NCBI RefSeq assembly: GCF_000039765.1 | Contig: NC_004460.2 | Span: 510,001-542,000, forward strand | DNA length: 32,000 nt | Direction of reading: 5' to 3' | DNA from: Vibrio vulnificus CMCP6 | Lineage (GTDB): Bacteria; Pseudomonadota; Gammaproteobacteria; Enterobacterales; Vibrionaceae | In this document: positions 21,401-26,860 of the stretch, one piece after another | How positions within the stretch are numbered: position 1 is the first letter of the stretch | How the letters are laid out: every line of letters starts with the position of its first letter | Program-made: the position numbers and the translations under genes | Notes under the pieces: model-generated | The model's input: the letters and a program-made list of their open reading frames with translations, nothing else | Told to the model about the DNA's origin: nothing | The model's database searches: none

Positions 21401-22086
21401 CCCGCACCTTGCAAGGTAATATCGCCCACTTTGCCTTTACGGACCAAATGGTTGTCAGCACCAGCCCCACGGAAAGTAATGTTGCCGGTTTCAACACGTG
21501 AACTGATGCTGTTTGCCGCGCCAGCGCCATCAAACGTCACATCACCACGCGAGCCTTGATAACGGTTGAACCAAGTACGGTCTAGTTTATTGCCCGCTCC
21601 TGCGCCAGCAAAAGAGAGATTACCTTGGTTGGTTTCATGCCAAAGGGCATTGTAACCGCCAGCGCCTTTAAAGGTGACGTTGCCGCTCAAACCTTTGCGG
21701 GTAATGCCATTATAAGCCGCTGCACCGCCGTAACTGACATCACCATGATTACCTAAGTGGTCAATCGACACACCGCCAGCGGCACCAGCGAATGACACAT
21801 TGCCATCGCCACTTTTATTAATGTCTGCATACCCAGCTGCGCCTTTTACAGAAAGGTGCCCAGTGGTGTCTTCCACTCTTAGATATGCCGAACCGCCTAC
21901 GACCGTATCATTGCCGCTGCCGGTATAAACCGTTGCACCAATCGATCCGACAGTGACATGATCATCACCACCGTAGGCATGGATTTCTCCACCAAAACCG
22001 ATAGCAACAATACTGTTGTTTCCATCGTCGGCGGAATAGTTCCCTGTGAAGAAGTATTCAACACTTCTCCAAAATGGTTTTCCCAT
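6466..22086 (-). CDS. rtxA: MARTX toxin (multifunctional-autoprocessing repeats-in-toxin), 5206 aa
   Basis: Single ORF MGKPFWRSVEYFFTGNYSADDGNNS... with N-terminal glycine-rich repeat arrays, a central effector region with recognisable RID, ABH, MCF and RRSP motifs, CPD (LVGHG and IVGCS), C-terminal RTX-like repeats, and flanking rtxC and rtxBDE. Confidence 0.98.
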   Translation of the reverse strand: MGKPFWRSVEYFFTGNYSADDGNNSIVAIGFGGEIHAYGGDDHVTVGSIGATVYTGSGNDTVVGGSAYLRVEDTTGHLSVKGAAGYADINKSGDGNVSFAGAAGGVSIDHLGNHGDVSYGGAAAYNGITRKGLSGNVTFKGAGGYNALWHETNQGNLSFAGAGAGNKLDRTWFNRYQGSRGDVTFDGAGAANSISSRVETGNITFRGAGADNHLVRKGKVGDITLQGAGASNRIERTRQAEDVYAQTRGNIRFEGVGGYNSLYSDVAHGDIHFSGGGAYNTITRKGSGSSFDAQGMEYAKAEDIVLTAAQMHGLSIDNGNKFHAVTAVKSEREPNTYLFAIADGTYTKINKVRLYNDPETGKLKYYSEAWFKRGNHLAELARSDVSSAGGFEVNPINGGYTLSNIAVEHQQSLTVHAVEKDLTEYEWVTYANGALIDAKDVALSEAKMGGHAISTDGTTVDVQAVKSNRKPNTYVYAKVLGPYTKIVVVELANDPKTGALKYQARSWYKEGNHTANLANEDISSANGYHSMGKGGYSLSDLHYSVNAVRSTSETVADIDEYTDQTLFKPATDSGESSGDVRFNGAGGGNVIKSNVTRGNVYFNGGGIANVILHSSQFGHTEFNGGGAANVIVKSGEEGDLTFRGAGLANVLVHQSKQGKMDVYAGGAVNVLVRIGDGQYLAHLLAYGNISVHKGNGNSRVVMLGGYNTHTQIGSGNGLWLAAGGFNVMTQVGKGDVASVLAGGANVLTKVGDGDLTAGMLGGANVITHISGDNETSNTTAVALGGANILTKKGKGNTLAVMGGGANVLTHVGDGTTTGVMVGGANILTKVGNGDTTGIMLGVGNVLTHVGDGQTLGVMGAAGNIFTKVGDGTSIAVMIGAGNIFTHVGEGNAWALMGGLGNVFTKVGNGDALALMVAEANVFTHIGDGMSVALMLAKGNVATKVGNGTTLAAMVGNANIFTHVGSGSTFAAMIGQANIMTKVGNDLTAALMVGKANIYTHVGDGTSLGIFAGEVNVMTKVGNGTTLAAMFGKANIMTHVGDGLTGVLALGEANIVTKVGDDFMGVVAAAKANVVTHVGDATTAAVLAGKGNILTKVGEGTTVGLLISDIGNVMTHVGDGTTIGIAKGKANIITKVGDGLGVNVAWGQANVFTQVGDGDRYNFAKGEANIITKVGDGQEVSVVQGKANIITHVGNGDDYTGAWGKANVITKVGNGRNVVLAKGEANIVTQVGDGDSFNALWSKGNIVTKVGDGMQVTAAKGKANITTTVGDGLSVTAAYGDANINTKVGDGVSVNVAWGKYNINTKVGDGLNVAVMKGKANANIHVGDGLNINASYAQNNVAIKVGNGDFYSLAVASSNTSSNKLSALFDNIKQTLLGVGGSQAINYLVQGDEASSSGTQKGRGAIATPEITKLDGFQMEAIEEVGSDLGDSLTGSVTKVDTPDLNKMQNALDVDGSADQTQAPNLIVNGDFEQGDRGWKSTHGVEASYSGNVYGVNGEGHGARVTELDTYTNTSLYQDLTDLTEGEVIAVSFDFAKRAGLSNNEGIEVLWNGEVVFSSSGDASAWQQKTLKLTAHAGSNRIEFKGTGHNDGLGYILDNVVAKSESSQQANAVSEHATQNQASQNALSDKERAEADRQRLEQEKQKQLDAVAGSQSQLESTDQQALGNNGQAQRDAVKEESEAVTAELTKLAQGLDVLDGQATHSGESGDQWRNDFAGGLLDGVQSQLDDAKQLANDKIAAAKQAQSDNNSKVKESVAKSEAGVAKGEQNRAGAEQDIAEAKADAETRKADAVAKSNDAKQAESDAHSAANDAQSRGDRDTMNAENKANQAQNDAKGTKQNEGDRPDREGVAGSGLSGNAHSVEGAGETGSHVTTDSQTNADGRFSEGLSEQEQEALEGATNAVNRLQINAGIRGKNSGSTITSMFTETNSDSIVVPTTASQDLVRKEIRISGVNLEGLGETSHDSAESLVAARAEKVANLYRWLDTDNDVATDKYVPVPGFERVDADVSDEVKQRMIQSMSGYIEHTDNQVPKDQAEALATLFVEATLDYDWDKRVEFLTKLESYGYSFEAPHAEKSIVSFWSGKNFKQYRDVLDNAQTDGKKVVYDIDVKGNAFAIDLNKHLMRWGGLFLDPDNAEQNQLKSSIDAATFSNTGFWSSVYATGAQNDVYVIAEGGVRLGNYFWNVELPALRQLQREGLVGEIRLLDKPVSEYKDLPADQIGRRLTDAGVAVKVRFDALSHERQAELLADNPDGYKADTLVELDVKLSAIDSMLRESLPFYSLRTERNLLVQEGEEGFEVRSWPGIDGKSKTILLDNPEDAAQQKSIERFILANFDNFEQMPDELFLVDNKVLSHHDGRTRIIVQKEDGAWTYNTNVELMSVTELLDAAHVNGKVRGDSYQQVIDALTEYHASTVEHADYELESVEKLLNLRKQIEGYVLGHPDSGRVEAMNSLLNQVNSRLEEVSVLAVSEQSIKAHDSFSRLYDQLDNANLKESKHLYLDGNGDFVTKGKGNLATIDQLGGSDAVLEKVKAAVTHEYGQVVADTIFAGLSANDLAKDGKGIDIAGLNKVHQAIEQHMSPVSATMYIWKPSDHSALGHAALQIGQGRTQLEGQAAADFNKQNYVSWWPLGSKSSNIRNIFNVATEDQPDLKLRWSDFSQPAHQNDTLEHDMASEENDGFGLKDGETKLKRFIEKLNAAKGIDASYKDASEGYASVLLGNPDMLASTGIPAHVFQPFVDQWNDTSYDMMDVANRFAEELQKQAQASGDPALVEKRIDNVVRLFAERALEEIEAFKASQADEGRVFRINLEGLDVAAMQAEWNRLSNDPDARYQLLTKNCSSTVAKVLKAGGADKLIGHTWRPKFGVWTPTELFNFGQALQEAQLEIAAKKQSHQVTDVLDALSGNEKHKENVAIENDGTPPRDKESLSPLTRFLNNELYGEKDARRKIGEITQTLLDHAVENGESQKVTLKGEAGRLTGYYHQGAVSSEGETSATSGKVVLFLHGSGSSAEEQASEIRNHYQKQGIDMLAVNLRGYGESDGGPSEKGLYQDARTMFNYLVNDKGIDPSNIIIHGYSMGGPIAADLARYAAQNGQAVSGLLLDRPMPSMTKAITAHEVANPAGIVGAIAKAVNGQFSVEKNLKGLPKETPILLLTDNEGLGEEGEKLRAKLAIAGYNVTGEQTFYGHEASNRLMGQYVDQIVSGLFNAEQAAVEAGEVLKGLEKDFKRYGDALKPDTSVPGKSKDIRTTKDFLNGYKNDHAKEIVDGFRSDMSIKQLVDLFVKGNWSAEQKGALAWEIESRALKVTFQNKSEKYNRLFREIASAGVVDAKATEQLAPQLMLLNLSNDGFGGRCDPLSKLVLVAKQLENDGQVGVARQLLEKMYSAAAVLSNPTLYSDSEKANASKLLSSLAAIHAKNPMHDTSMKVWQEKLEGKQALTVNGVVEKITDASANGKPVLLELDAPGHAMAAWAKGSGDDRVYGFYDPNAGIVEFSSAEKFGDYLTRFFGKSDLNMAQSYKLGKNDAGEAIFNRVVVMDGNTLASYKPTFGDKTTMQGILDLPVFDATPIKKPTGGVASDLEALGDKTKVVVDLAQIFTVQELKERAKVFAKPIGASYQGILDQLDLVHQAKGRDQIAASFELNKKINDYIAEHPTSGRNQALTQLKEQVTSALFIGKMQVAQAGIDAIAQTRPELAARIFMVAIEEANGKHVGLTDMMVRWANEDPYLAPKHGYKGETPSDLGFDAKYHVDLGEHYADFKQWLETSQSNGLLSKATLDESTKTVHLGYSYQELQDLTGAESVQMAFYFLKEAAKKADPISGDSAEMILLKKFADQSYLSQLDSDRMDQIEGIYRSSHETDIDAWDRRYSGTGYDELTNKLASATGVDEQLAVLLDDRKGLLIGEVHGSDVNGLRFVNEQMDALKKQGVTVIGLEHLRSDLAQPLIDRYLATGVMSSELSAMLKTKHLDVTLFENARANGMRIVALDANSSARPNVQGTEHGLMYRAGAANNIAVEVLQNLPDGEKFVAIYGKAHLQSHKGIEGFVPGITHRLDLPALKVSDSNQFTVEQDDVSLRVVYDDVANKPKITFKGSLSGANTALHNQNVNDWERVVVTPTADGGESRFDGQIIVQMENDDVVAKAAANLAGKHPESSVVVQIDSDGNYRVVYGDPSKLDGKLRWQLVGHGRDDSESNNTRLSGYSADELAVKLAKFQQSFNQAENINNKPDHISIVGCSLVSDDKQKGFGHQFINAMDANGLRVDVSVRSSELAVDEAGRKHTKDANGDWVQKAENNKVSLSWDEQGEVVAKDERIRNGIAEGDIDLSRIGVSDVDEPARGAIGGNNDVFDAPEKRKAETETSSSSANNKLSYSGNIQVNVGDGEFTAVNWGTSNVGIKVGTGGFKSLAFGDNNVMVHIGNGESKHSFDIGGYQALEGAQMFIGNRNVSFNLGRSNDLIVMMDKSIPTPPLVNPFDGAARISGVLQSIATSGEGQDWLAAQEQQWTLSGAKKFVKDMSGLDQSSSVDYTSLVELDSQNERSSRGLKHDAEAALNKQYNQWLSGNSDSDTSKLSRADKLRQANEKLAFNFAVGGQGADIQVTTGNWNFMFGDNIQSILDTNLGSLFGLMTQQFSATGQAKTTFTYTPEDLPRQLKNKLLGQLAGVGAETTLADIFGVDYTASGHIVSRNGEAVDGVAILKEMLEVIGEFSGDQLQAFVDPAKLLDSLKSGINMGADGIKSFAETHGLKEKAPEEEEDNSSVSVNGANVNSAQGATVADGSTETAETPDRAFGFNSLNLPNLFATIFSQDKQKEMKSLVENLKENLTADLLNMKEKTFDFLRNSGHLQGDGDINISLGNYNFNWGGDGKDLGAYLGDNNNFWGGRGDDVFYATGTSNIFTGGEGNDMGVLMGRENMMFGGDGNDTAVVAGRINHVFLGAGDDQSFVFGEGGEIDTGSGRDYVVTSGNFNRVDTGDDQDYSVTIGNNNQVELGAGNDFANVFGNYNRINASAGNDVVKLMGYHAVLNGGEGEDHLIAAAISKFSQFNGGEGHDLMVLGGYQNTFKGGTDVDSFVVSGDVIDNLVEDIRSEDNIVFNGIDWQKLWFERSGYDLKLSILRDPASDSDQAKFEHIGSVTFSDYFNGNRAQVIIAMGEKDATGEREYTTLSESAIDALVQAMSGFDPQAGDNGFIDNLDSKSRVAITTAWADVVHKKGITV
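6600..7520 (-). repeat. MARTX C-terminal RTX-like (type C) repeats
   Basis: Protein GGEGNDMGVLMGRENMMFGGDGNDTAVVAGRINHVFLGAGDDQ...VELGAGNDFANVFGNYNRINASAGNDVV: ~18-residue GGxGxD-type periodicity. Boundaries approximate. Confidence 0.85.
8740..8995 (-). repeat. MARTX B-type repeats downstream of the CPD
   Basis: VNVGDGEFTAVNWGTSNVGIKVGTGGFKSLAFGDNNVMVHIGNGESKHSFDIGG. Approximate bounds. Confidence 0.65.
9100..9820 (-). other. MARTX cysteine protease domain (CPD, inositol-hexakisphosphate activated autoprocessing)
   Basis: RWQLVGHGRDD (catalytic His, about nt 9540) and DHISIVGCSLVSDD (catalytic Cys, about nt 9400) in conventional order. Bounds approximate. Confidence 0.92.
9820..11352 (-). 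other. MARTX effector RRSP (DUF5; Ras/Rap1 site-specific endopeptidase)
   Basis: LLIGEVHGSDVNGLRFVNEQ (EVHGSD codons at about nt 10370-10390) and FVAIYGKAHLQSHKG, an EreA/ChaN-like catalytic arrangement. Preceded by a membrane-localisation helical bundle (YIAEHPTSGRNQALTQLKEQVTSAL). Bounds approximate. Confidence 0.9.
11352..12420 (-). other. MARTX effector MCF (makes-caterpillars-floppy-like)
   Basis: Contains the MCF Arg-Cys-Asp motif NLSNDGFGGRCDPLSKLVLVAKQ (about nt 12036) and a later His (ELDAPGHAMAAW). Bounds approximate. Confidence 0.85.
12420..13400 (-). other. MARTX effector ABH (alpha/beta hydrolase)
   Basis: VVLFLHGSGSSAEEQA (oxyanion-loop region), nucleophile elbow IIIHGYSMGGPIAADLA (about nt 12860), and C-terminal His (QTFYGHEASNRL). 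Confidence 0.9.
13480..14960 (-). other. MARTX effector RID (Rho inactivation domain) with N-terminal membrane-localisation bundle
   Basis: MYIWKPSDHSALGHAALQIG and YQLLTKNCSSTVAKVLKAGG (papain-like His/Cys pair of RID), preceded by YVLGHPDSGRVEAMNSLLNQVNSRL. Bounds approximate. Confidence 0.88.
15430..16280 (-). other. MARTX effector-position DUF1 (uncharacterised domain)
   Basis: First effector slot after the N-terminal arm. Contains IVSFWSGKNFKQYRDVLDNAQ...MRWGGLFLDP...TGFWSSVYATGAQNDVYVIAEGGVRLGNYFWNVELPALRQLQREGLVGEIRLLD. Known as DUF1 in V. vulnificus toxins. Bounds approximate. Confidence 0.7.
16480..17260 (-). other. Low-complexity/coiled-coil-like Ala/Asp/Lys/Glu/Gln-rich linker in MARTX
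   Basis: Protein NALSDKERAEADRQRLEQEKQKQLDAVAGSQ...SKSEAGVAKGEQNRAGAEQDIAEAKADAETRKADAVAKSNDAKQAESDAHSAANDAQ. Confidence 0.75.
17285..17705 (-). other. Jelly-roll/carbohydrate-binding-like domain in MARTX
   Basis: NLIVNGDFEQGDRGWKSTHGVEASYSG...NTSLYQDLTDLTEGEVIAVSFDFAKRAG...WQQKTLKLTAHAGSNRIEFKGTGHNDGLGYILDNV has the 'LIxNGDFE...GW...Q.L...G..Y.LSF' pattern of galactose-binding-like beta-sandwiches. Confidence 0.6.
17950..20425 (-). repeat. MARTX second glycine-rich array (end of A repeats and B1-type 19-20 aa repeats)
   Basis: Protein GNANVITKVGDGTTxxxMxGxANIxTHVGDG... repeated about every 19-20 residues. The plus-strand DNA shows recurring 'cccactttggtgatgatgttggctttgcc'-like units. Confidence 0.95.
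20455..20785 (-). repeat. Copy 2 of a duplicated ~110-aa module in the MARTX N-terminal arm
   Basis: DAKDVALSEAKMGGHAISTDGTTVDVQAVKSNRKPNTYVYAKVLGPYTKIVVVELANDPKTGALKYQARSWYKEGNHTANLANEDISSANGYHSMGKGGYSLSDLHYSV aligns with copy 1. Confidence 0.85.
20875..21195 (-). repeat. Copy 1 of a duplicated ~110-aa module in the MARTX N-terminal arm
   Basis: AKAEDIVLTAAQMHGLSIDNGNKFHAVTAVKSEREPNTYLFAIADGTYTKINKVRLYNDPETGKLKYYSEAWFKRGNHLAELARSDVSSAGGFEVNPINGGYTLSNIAV. Confidence 0.85.
21200..22000 (-). repeat. MARTX first glycine-rich (A-type) repeat array
   Basis: GDGNVSFAGAAGGVSIDHLGNHGDVSYGGAAAYNGITRKGLSGNVTFKGAGGYNALWHETNQGNLSFAGAGAGNKL: 20-residue periodicity. Confidence 0.92.
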
Positions 22087-22108
22087 AAGCCAAACTCTTC
22101 TTTAGGAG

Positions 22109-22570
22109 TTAAATAGAAAACCACTGTATCTTTCTGATACAGCGGTCATTTTGAGCATCCACTTTGCCGCGAACAGTGCAGACCTTCTGCCCTTTCCACG
22201 GTAAAAATACACGGCGACGAAGATCGTTAACGACCTCTCTGCCATGCCCGAATGGAGCAATCATCTCTGGAATGTAGATATGCTGGCCTGAACGCCAGTC
22301 GGATGGAGATATTTCACGCACTCCAGATAACAGCTCATCTCGGATCTGCTCAGAGACAAACGCCCAATTACAAAATGCAATTGGGCGTCCGTGCTCATCT
22401 TCGTAGTAGCAAAACTGGTTTAGCTCAAAAGCAGGCAGAATACGCTGCTGCCATTCTGCAACCACGTAGCGACGATGAAGGGGCGAATGCTGGCTGAGCA
22501 GCATGACACCACCTATCATCTGTTGCATTTGCGCTAATGTGAGATTTGCTGGTTGATGTGTAATAGACAT
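22109..22570 (-). CDS. rtxC: RTX toxin-activating lysine acyltransferase
   Basis: HlyC/RtxC-like protein MSITHQPANLTLAQMQQMIGGVMLLSQHSPLHRRYVVAEWQQRILPAFELNQFCYYEDEHGRPIAFCNWAFVSEQ. Start set to ATG at 22570 (153 aa) instead of the upstream GTG at 22588. Confidence 0.95.
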   Translation of the reverse strand: MSITHQPANLTLAQMQQMIGGVMLLSQHSPLHRRYVVAEWQQRILPAFELNQFCYYEDEHGRPIAFCNWAFVSEQIRDELLSGVREISPSDWRSGQHIYIPEMIAPFGHGREVVNDLRRRVFLPWKGQKVCTVRGKVDAQNDRCIRKIQWFSI

Positions 22571-22595
22571 CTGCCCTATATCAACCAATATGCTG

Positions 22596-22955
22596 TTATT
22601 TTTTTGCTTGGGAAGTGCGTTTTTTCGGAGCGGCTTTCTCTTCCACGAGAGTTTCCGCTGATGATTCTTCCGCCTGATTTACCGCAGCATCACCTGCTGG
22701 TAGAAAACCGGCTGCAACAAGCTTGTCAAATTCAGCTTCCATTCTTGGATCTTCTAGCATGTTCTTAATCATCGATACCATATACATAAAACCAGAGGCA
22801 GGCATATGGACAACTTGCTTAAGTTCAAGATCATTATCGCTTTCAGCCATTACGCCATTCGCCATATTTTTTTGATCCTGACCTACGAAATAAAGAGAAA
22901 AAACACCTTTATTGTAGTTAACACTAGATACTGTTTGAACAAACTTCTCAGTCAT
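22596..22955 (-). CDS. rtxH: Conserved hypothetical protein of the MARTX operon
   Basis: 119 aa MTEKFVQTVSSVNYNKGVFSLYFVGQDQKN...EEKAAPKKRTSQAKK. Same strand as and directly upstream of rtxC. Position and character match RtxH of rtxHCA operons. Confidence 0.8.
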   Translation of the reverse strand: MTEKFVQTVSSVNYNKGVFSLYFVGQDQKNMANGVMAESDNDLELKQVVHMPASGFMYMVSMIKNMLEDPRMEAEFDKLVAAGFLPAGDAAVNQAEESSAETLVEEKAAPKKRTSQAKK

Positions 22956-23394
22956 AAATTTCCCCTACTTATTTTATATAGATAAGACGAAAATTGTTCC
23001 TTTTAAAAGGAATCACTCTCCGCCTGCAAGCTCAATTAAAAGGCAAAATATAAGAATTCAGCCATAAATAATTATTGTAATGTTTATTTTGTGTCGAAAT
23101 ATTACATCGTAAAACAGTGGTCATCAATAGACTTAAATCGATTATATTAGAGCAATTATTCTATTTTTATCGACCATTATTCACTCAATTCCATATTCAT
23201 GTAACAATCACCTTGATTACCTATTAACGTGATATGCATCATTCATTTGAATCAAATTTGTGCAATAAACACACAACAAAGACCAATAAACGAGCAAAAC
23301 AGTCCGCAATTGATGATTGATCGTGTTAACAAGCGGTGATAGGATTCCGCCCCTTCAAAAACGCTGCAATAAACATCGGCTAAGTAATTTAATT
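22956..23394. promoter_or_regulatory. AT-rich divergent regulatory region between rtxHCA and rtxBDE
   Basis: About 440 bp noncoding, strongly AT-rich, between divergent operons. In V. vulnificus, HlyU and H-NS are known to act on this promoter region. No specific sites mapped here. Confidence 0.75.
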
Positions 23395-25500
23395 ATGTCC
23401 AACAATGAAGGGTTGACGCTGATATGTATTCACTTTTATTTAAGTATCATCAGCGGTAATAGAGAACAATTTAAAGAAAATGCTAATTTAACAAAAACTA
23501 ATAATTACAAAGATGAACTCGAAAAAATACAAAAAGCAAACAAAGTAAGAATAACCACAAAACATTCACAATTTAAAAACATAGAGAAAATAAAAACACC
23601 CGCCATTTTATTTGATTCACAAGGTGCACCATTTATTCTAGCAAAGGCTAATAAAGATAAATGTTTAATACAAAGACCTAATAAAGAAAGTCCGGAAGTG
23701 GTCTCTTATCACGAACTTAACTCGACTTGGAACAAAAAGTTCCTAGAAATAAAACAAGCACAAGCTCGCTTTGACATCACTTGGTTCATTCCCGAATTTC
23801 TTCAGCATAAACGAGTCTTGGGTGAGATTCTGTTGTTCTCTTTTGTTCTGCAGATCCTCGCACTTATTTCGCCCCTTTTTTTCCAAGTGGTAATGGATAA
23901 AGTGCTGGTTCACCAAGCTTGGTCAACACTGGATGTGCTGGTGTTTGGCCTCGTGGTTACCGGGGTGATCGAAGTGGTCCTTCGTGGTCTACGTGAATAT
24001 CAGTATGCCCACACGGCCAATCGCATTGACATACAACTCGGACTAAAACTGGTTAAGCATCTGTTTGGTCTACCGTTAATGTTTTTTAAGTCCCGCCAAG
24101 TCGGGGCGATTGTCACACGTGTACGAGAACTCGACACCGTGCGCGAGTTTTTGACTGGCTCCATGTTTACTCTAACGGTCGAACTGCTGTTTATGTTCGT
24201 CTTCCTGTATGTAATGAGTTTACTTTCCGGCCCGCTCACTTGGCTTTTCATCGCCACAATACCGTGTTACGCCCTTCTTGCTTGGTGGTTAACACCAAGA
24301 ATGCAGGCAGCGATTGAAAAGCAGTTTTCACATGCTGCGGCAAACACATCCTTTCTTACCGAAACAGTAGCAGGCAGTGAAACACTGAAAAGTTTGGCGG
24401 TTGAGCCGCGCTTTATTCGTCGCTGGGATGAACAAACCGAAAAAATGGTCTCAACCGGTTACGATGTTCAACAGCTCAATAATCGCTCAAACCACCTAGT
24501 TCAATTGCTGCAAAAAATCACCAGTGTGGCGATCTTGTGGCTTGGGGCAACGGAAGTACTCTCTCTTGAAATGACCATCGGTCAATTGATCGCTTTCAAT
24601 ATGATGACCAATCACATCGCCCAACCGCTAGCGCGTATGGTCGAATTGTGGGGGCAATTTATTCAAACCCGCGTCGCCGTCGAAAAACTCGGGGATATGC
24701 TCAACCTGCCAGTAGAACAACACACAGGAAGTGACATTGTCACACTTCATGGGGCCGTCTCGTTTAAAAATATCCTCTTTCGTTACCAACCGGACATTCC
24801 CCCCACCATCAACGACTTGTCATTGGACATACGAGCGGGTGAAACATTGGGCGTTGTCGGCACGTCAGGTTCAGGAAAAAGCACCTTAGCTCGCTTACTG
24901 TTGCGACTTTATAGTCCAGAACAAGGCAGCATCACGATTGATGGCATTCCACTCAATCACATCCACATTCAGCAGTTGAGACAACAAGTGGGGGTGGTAC
25001 TACAAGAAAACTTCTTATTTAACAAAAGTGTGAGTGAGAACATCGCCCAGTCGAAGCCCGATGCCAGCTTAGAAGAAATTATTGAAGCGGCGAAACTCTC
25101 AGGCGCGCACGAATTCATCCTCAAGTTACCCATGGGTTACGACACCATTTTAGCGGAAGGCGGACAATCTCTCTCTGGCGGCCAAAGGCAGCGACTCGCG
25201 ATTGCACGAACACTGCTGTCGGATCCAAAAGTATTGATTTTGGATGAAGCCACCAGCGCCCTAGACGATGAATCTCAGGCGTTAATTCAATCCAACATGG
25301 CCAACATCGCCCGAGGCCGCACCGTGATCACTATCGCTCATCGCTTGTCTACCGTGCGCGATTGCGATCGCATCATTGTGCTTCATCAAGGCGCGATTGT
25401 TGAGCAAGGCTCGCATCAGCAGTTACTCACCCACGGCAAACAATACAAACAGTTATGGCAGCTTCAGCAAGAGCTCAAACAAGAGGAAACCACCGCATGA
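23395..25500 (+). CDS. rtxB: Type I secretion ABC transporter (permease/ATPase) for MARTX
   Basis: Membrane domain plus Walker A GVVGTSGSGKSTLARLLLRLY, signature LSGGQRQRLAIARTLL, Walker B VLILDEATSALDDES. ATG at 23395 preferred over the upstream start at 23317. Confidence 0.95.
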   Translation: MSNNEGLTLICIHFYLSIISGNREQFKENANLTKTNNYKDELEKIQKANKVRITTKHSQFKNIEKIKTPAILFDSQGAPFILAKANKDKCLIQRPNKESPEVVSYHELNSTWNKKFLEIKQAQARFDITWFIPEFLQHKRVLGEILLFSFVLQILALISPLFFQVVMDKVLVHQAWSTLDVLVFGLVVTGVIEVVLRGLREYQYAHTANRIDIQLGLKLVKHLFGLPLMFFKSRQVGAIVTRVRELDTVREFLTGSMFTLTVELLFMFVFLYVMSLLSGPLTWLFIATIPCYALLAWWLTPRMQAAIEKQFSHAAANTSFLTETVAGSETLKSLAVEPRFIRRWDEQTEKMVSTGYDVQQLNNRSNHLVQLLQKITSVAILWLGATEVLSLEMTIGQLIAFNMMTNHIAQPLARMVELWGQFIQTRVAVEKLGDMLNLPVEQHTGSDIVTLHGAVSFKNILFRYQPDIPPTINDLSLDIRAGETLGVVGTSGSGKSTLARLLLRLYSPEQGSITIDGIPLNHIHIQQLRQQVGVVLQENFLFNKSVSENIAQSKPDASLEEIIEAAKLSGAHEFILKLPMGYDTILAEGGQSLSGGQRQRLAIARTLLSDPKVLILDEATSALDDESQALIQSNMANIARGRTVITIAHRLSTVRDCDRIIVLHQGAIVEQGSHQQLLTHGKQYKQLWQLQQELKQEETTA

Positions 25501-26858
25501 TCAGCATCATTAAGCGTTTCTTGGGCATAGGGCAACCTCGCCAAAGTGCCGAACACCACTATGAATTTCTGCCTGCGCATCTTGCTTTGGCTCAAAAACC
25601 GCCATCGCCCTTTGCACGGCTAACCGCGATAACACTGAGTATTGGCGTACTGGCTGCGCTGCTTTGGGCGTATTGGGGGAAACTGGATGTACAAGCCACC
25701 GCCACGGGCCGCCTTGTGGTCTCTGGCCGCTCACAAGTTATCCAATCTTATGAGCAAAGCCGCGTAATGAGCATCCATGTGAGGGATGGCCAGCGGGTGG
25801 AAAAAGGTGCGCCCTTGTTGACCTTGGATACGCTCGGGGTGAATCAAGACATCACACGTTTGATCACTCAATCCGAGTTTCAAACCAATGAACTCATTCG
25901 TTACCGCACTTTACTCAACGACCAACCTTTGGTTCAAGACCCAATGTTCACCGCCTTGCCAACAGAGCAACAGGCGCTGATCAATGAAAACTATCTCAGT
26001 GAGAAACGAGAATTTGACGCCACGTTAGCGAGCATCAGCGCAGAAATGAAGGTCAATCGCACCTCTCAAGCCGCTCGTCAAAGCGACATCAACGCTCTAA
26101 TTCAGCTCACCGAGAACATCAGCCAACGTCTTGCTGCCCGTAAAACGCTCAATCAGGTTAAAGTCATTGGTCACGTCGAGTATCTAGAGCAAGAGAAAGA
26201 GTTGCTAGAAGTACAGCGCCAAGTCGCTCAGCAACGAGCAGAGCTACAAGTGCTGAAATCGCAATATCAAAGCCTCGAAGAGCGTCAAACGGGTTTCAAA
26301 GCGCAAAAGCATCGAGAGTGGCTGGAAAAGCGCCGCCAAGCAAAATTGCAGTTGGCCGCGTTGAATCAAGAGCTCTCTAAAGTGCGTGAGCGCGAACAGT
26401 TGGAAATCATTCGCTCTCCTGTCGATGGCACTGTGCAGCAACTTAGCGTCTATACCCTAGGCGCAGTGCTGCAACCTGCGCAAAATTTAATGATCATCGT
26501 ACCGGAAAACAGCGTGCAGCTGGCGGAAGTTCAGATCCTCAATAAAGACGTTGGCTTTGTCTATCCGGGCCAGTCGGTCACGGTCAAAGTGGATGCGTTT
26601 CCCTACACACGATACGGAACAATCGACGCTGAGCTGCTGAGTATCTCACGCGATTCCACCACCGACGAACAGCTTGGGCTGGTCTTTCCTGCTCAAGTAC
26701 AACTGAACAAAAACAATATCGTCATCGATGGTCAAACGGTTGAGCTGACTCCTGGCATGTCAGTAGTCGCTGAAATTAAGACCGATAAGCGACGCGTTAT
26801 CGACTACCTACTCAGTCCAATTCGCGAGTACCAAGCTGAAGCGTTGAGGGAGAGATAG
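25497..26858 (+). CDS. rtxD: Type I secretion membrane fusion protein
   Basis: HlyD family: one N-terminal TM, long coiled coil, IRSPVDGTVQQLSVYTLGAVLQPAQNLMIIVPEN. ATGA overlap with the rtxB stop. Confidence 0.95.
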   Translation: MISIIKRFLGIGQPRQSAEHHYEFLPAHLALAQKPPSPFARLTAITLSIGVLAALLWAYWGKLDVQATATGRLVVSGRSQVIQSYEQSRVMSIHVRDGQRVEKGAPLLTLDTLGVNQDITRLITQSEFQTNELIRYRTLLNDQPLVQDPMFTALPTEQQALINENYLSEKREFDATLASISAEMKVNRTSQAARQSDINALIQLTENISQRLAARKTLNQVKVIGHVEYLEQEKELLEVQRQVAQQRAELQVLKSQYQSLEERQTGFKAQKHREWLEKRRQAKLQLAALNQELSKVREREQLEIIRSPVDGTVQQLSVYTLGAVLQPAQNLMIIVPENSVQLAEVQILNKDVGFVYPGQSVTVKVDAFPYTRYGTIDAELLSISRDSTTDEQLGLVFPAQVQLNKNNIVIDGQTVELTPGMSVVAEIKTDKRRVIDYLLSPIREYQAEALRER

Positions 26859-26860
26859 AG

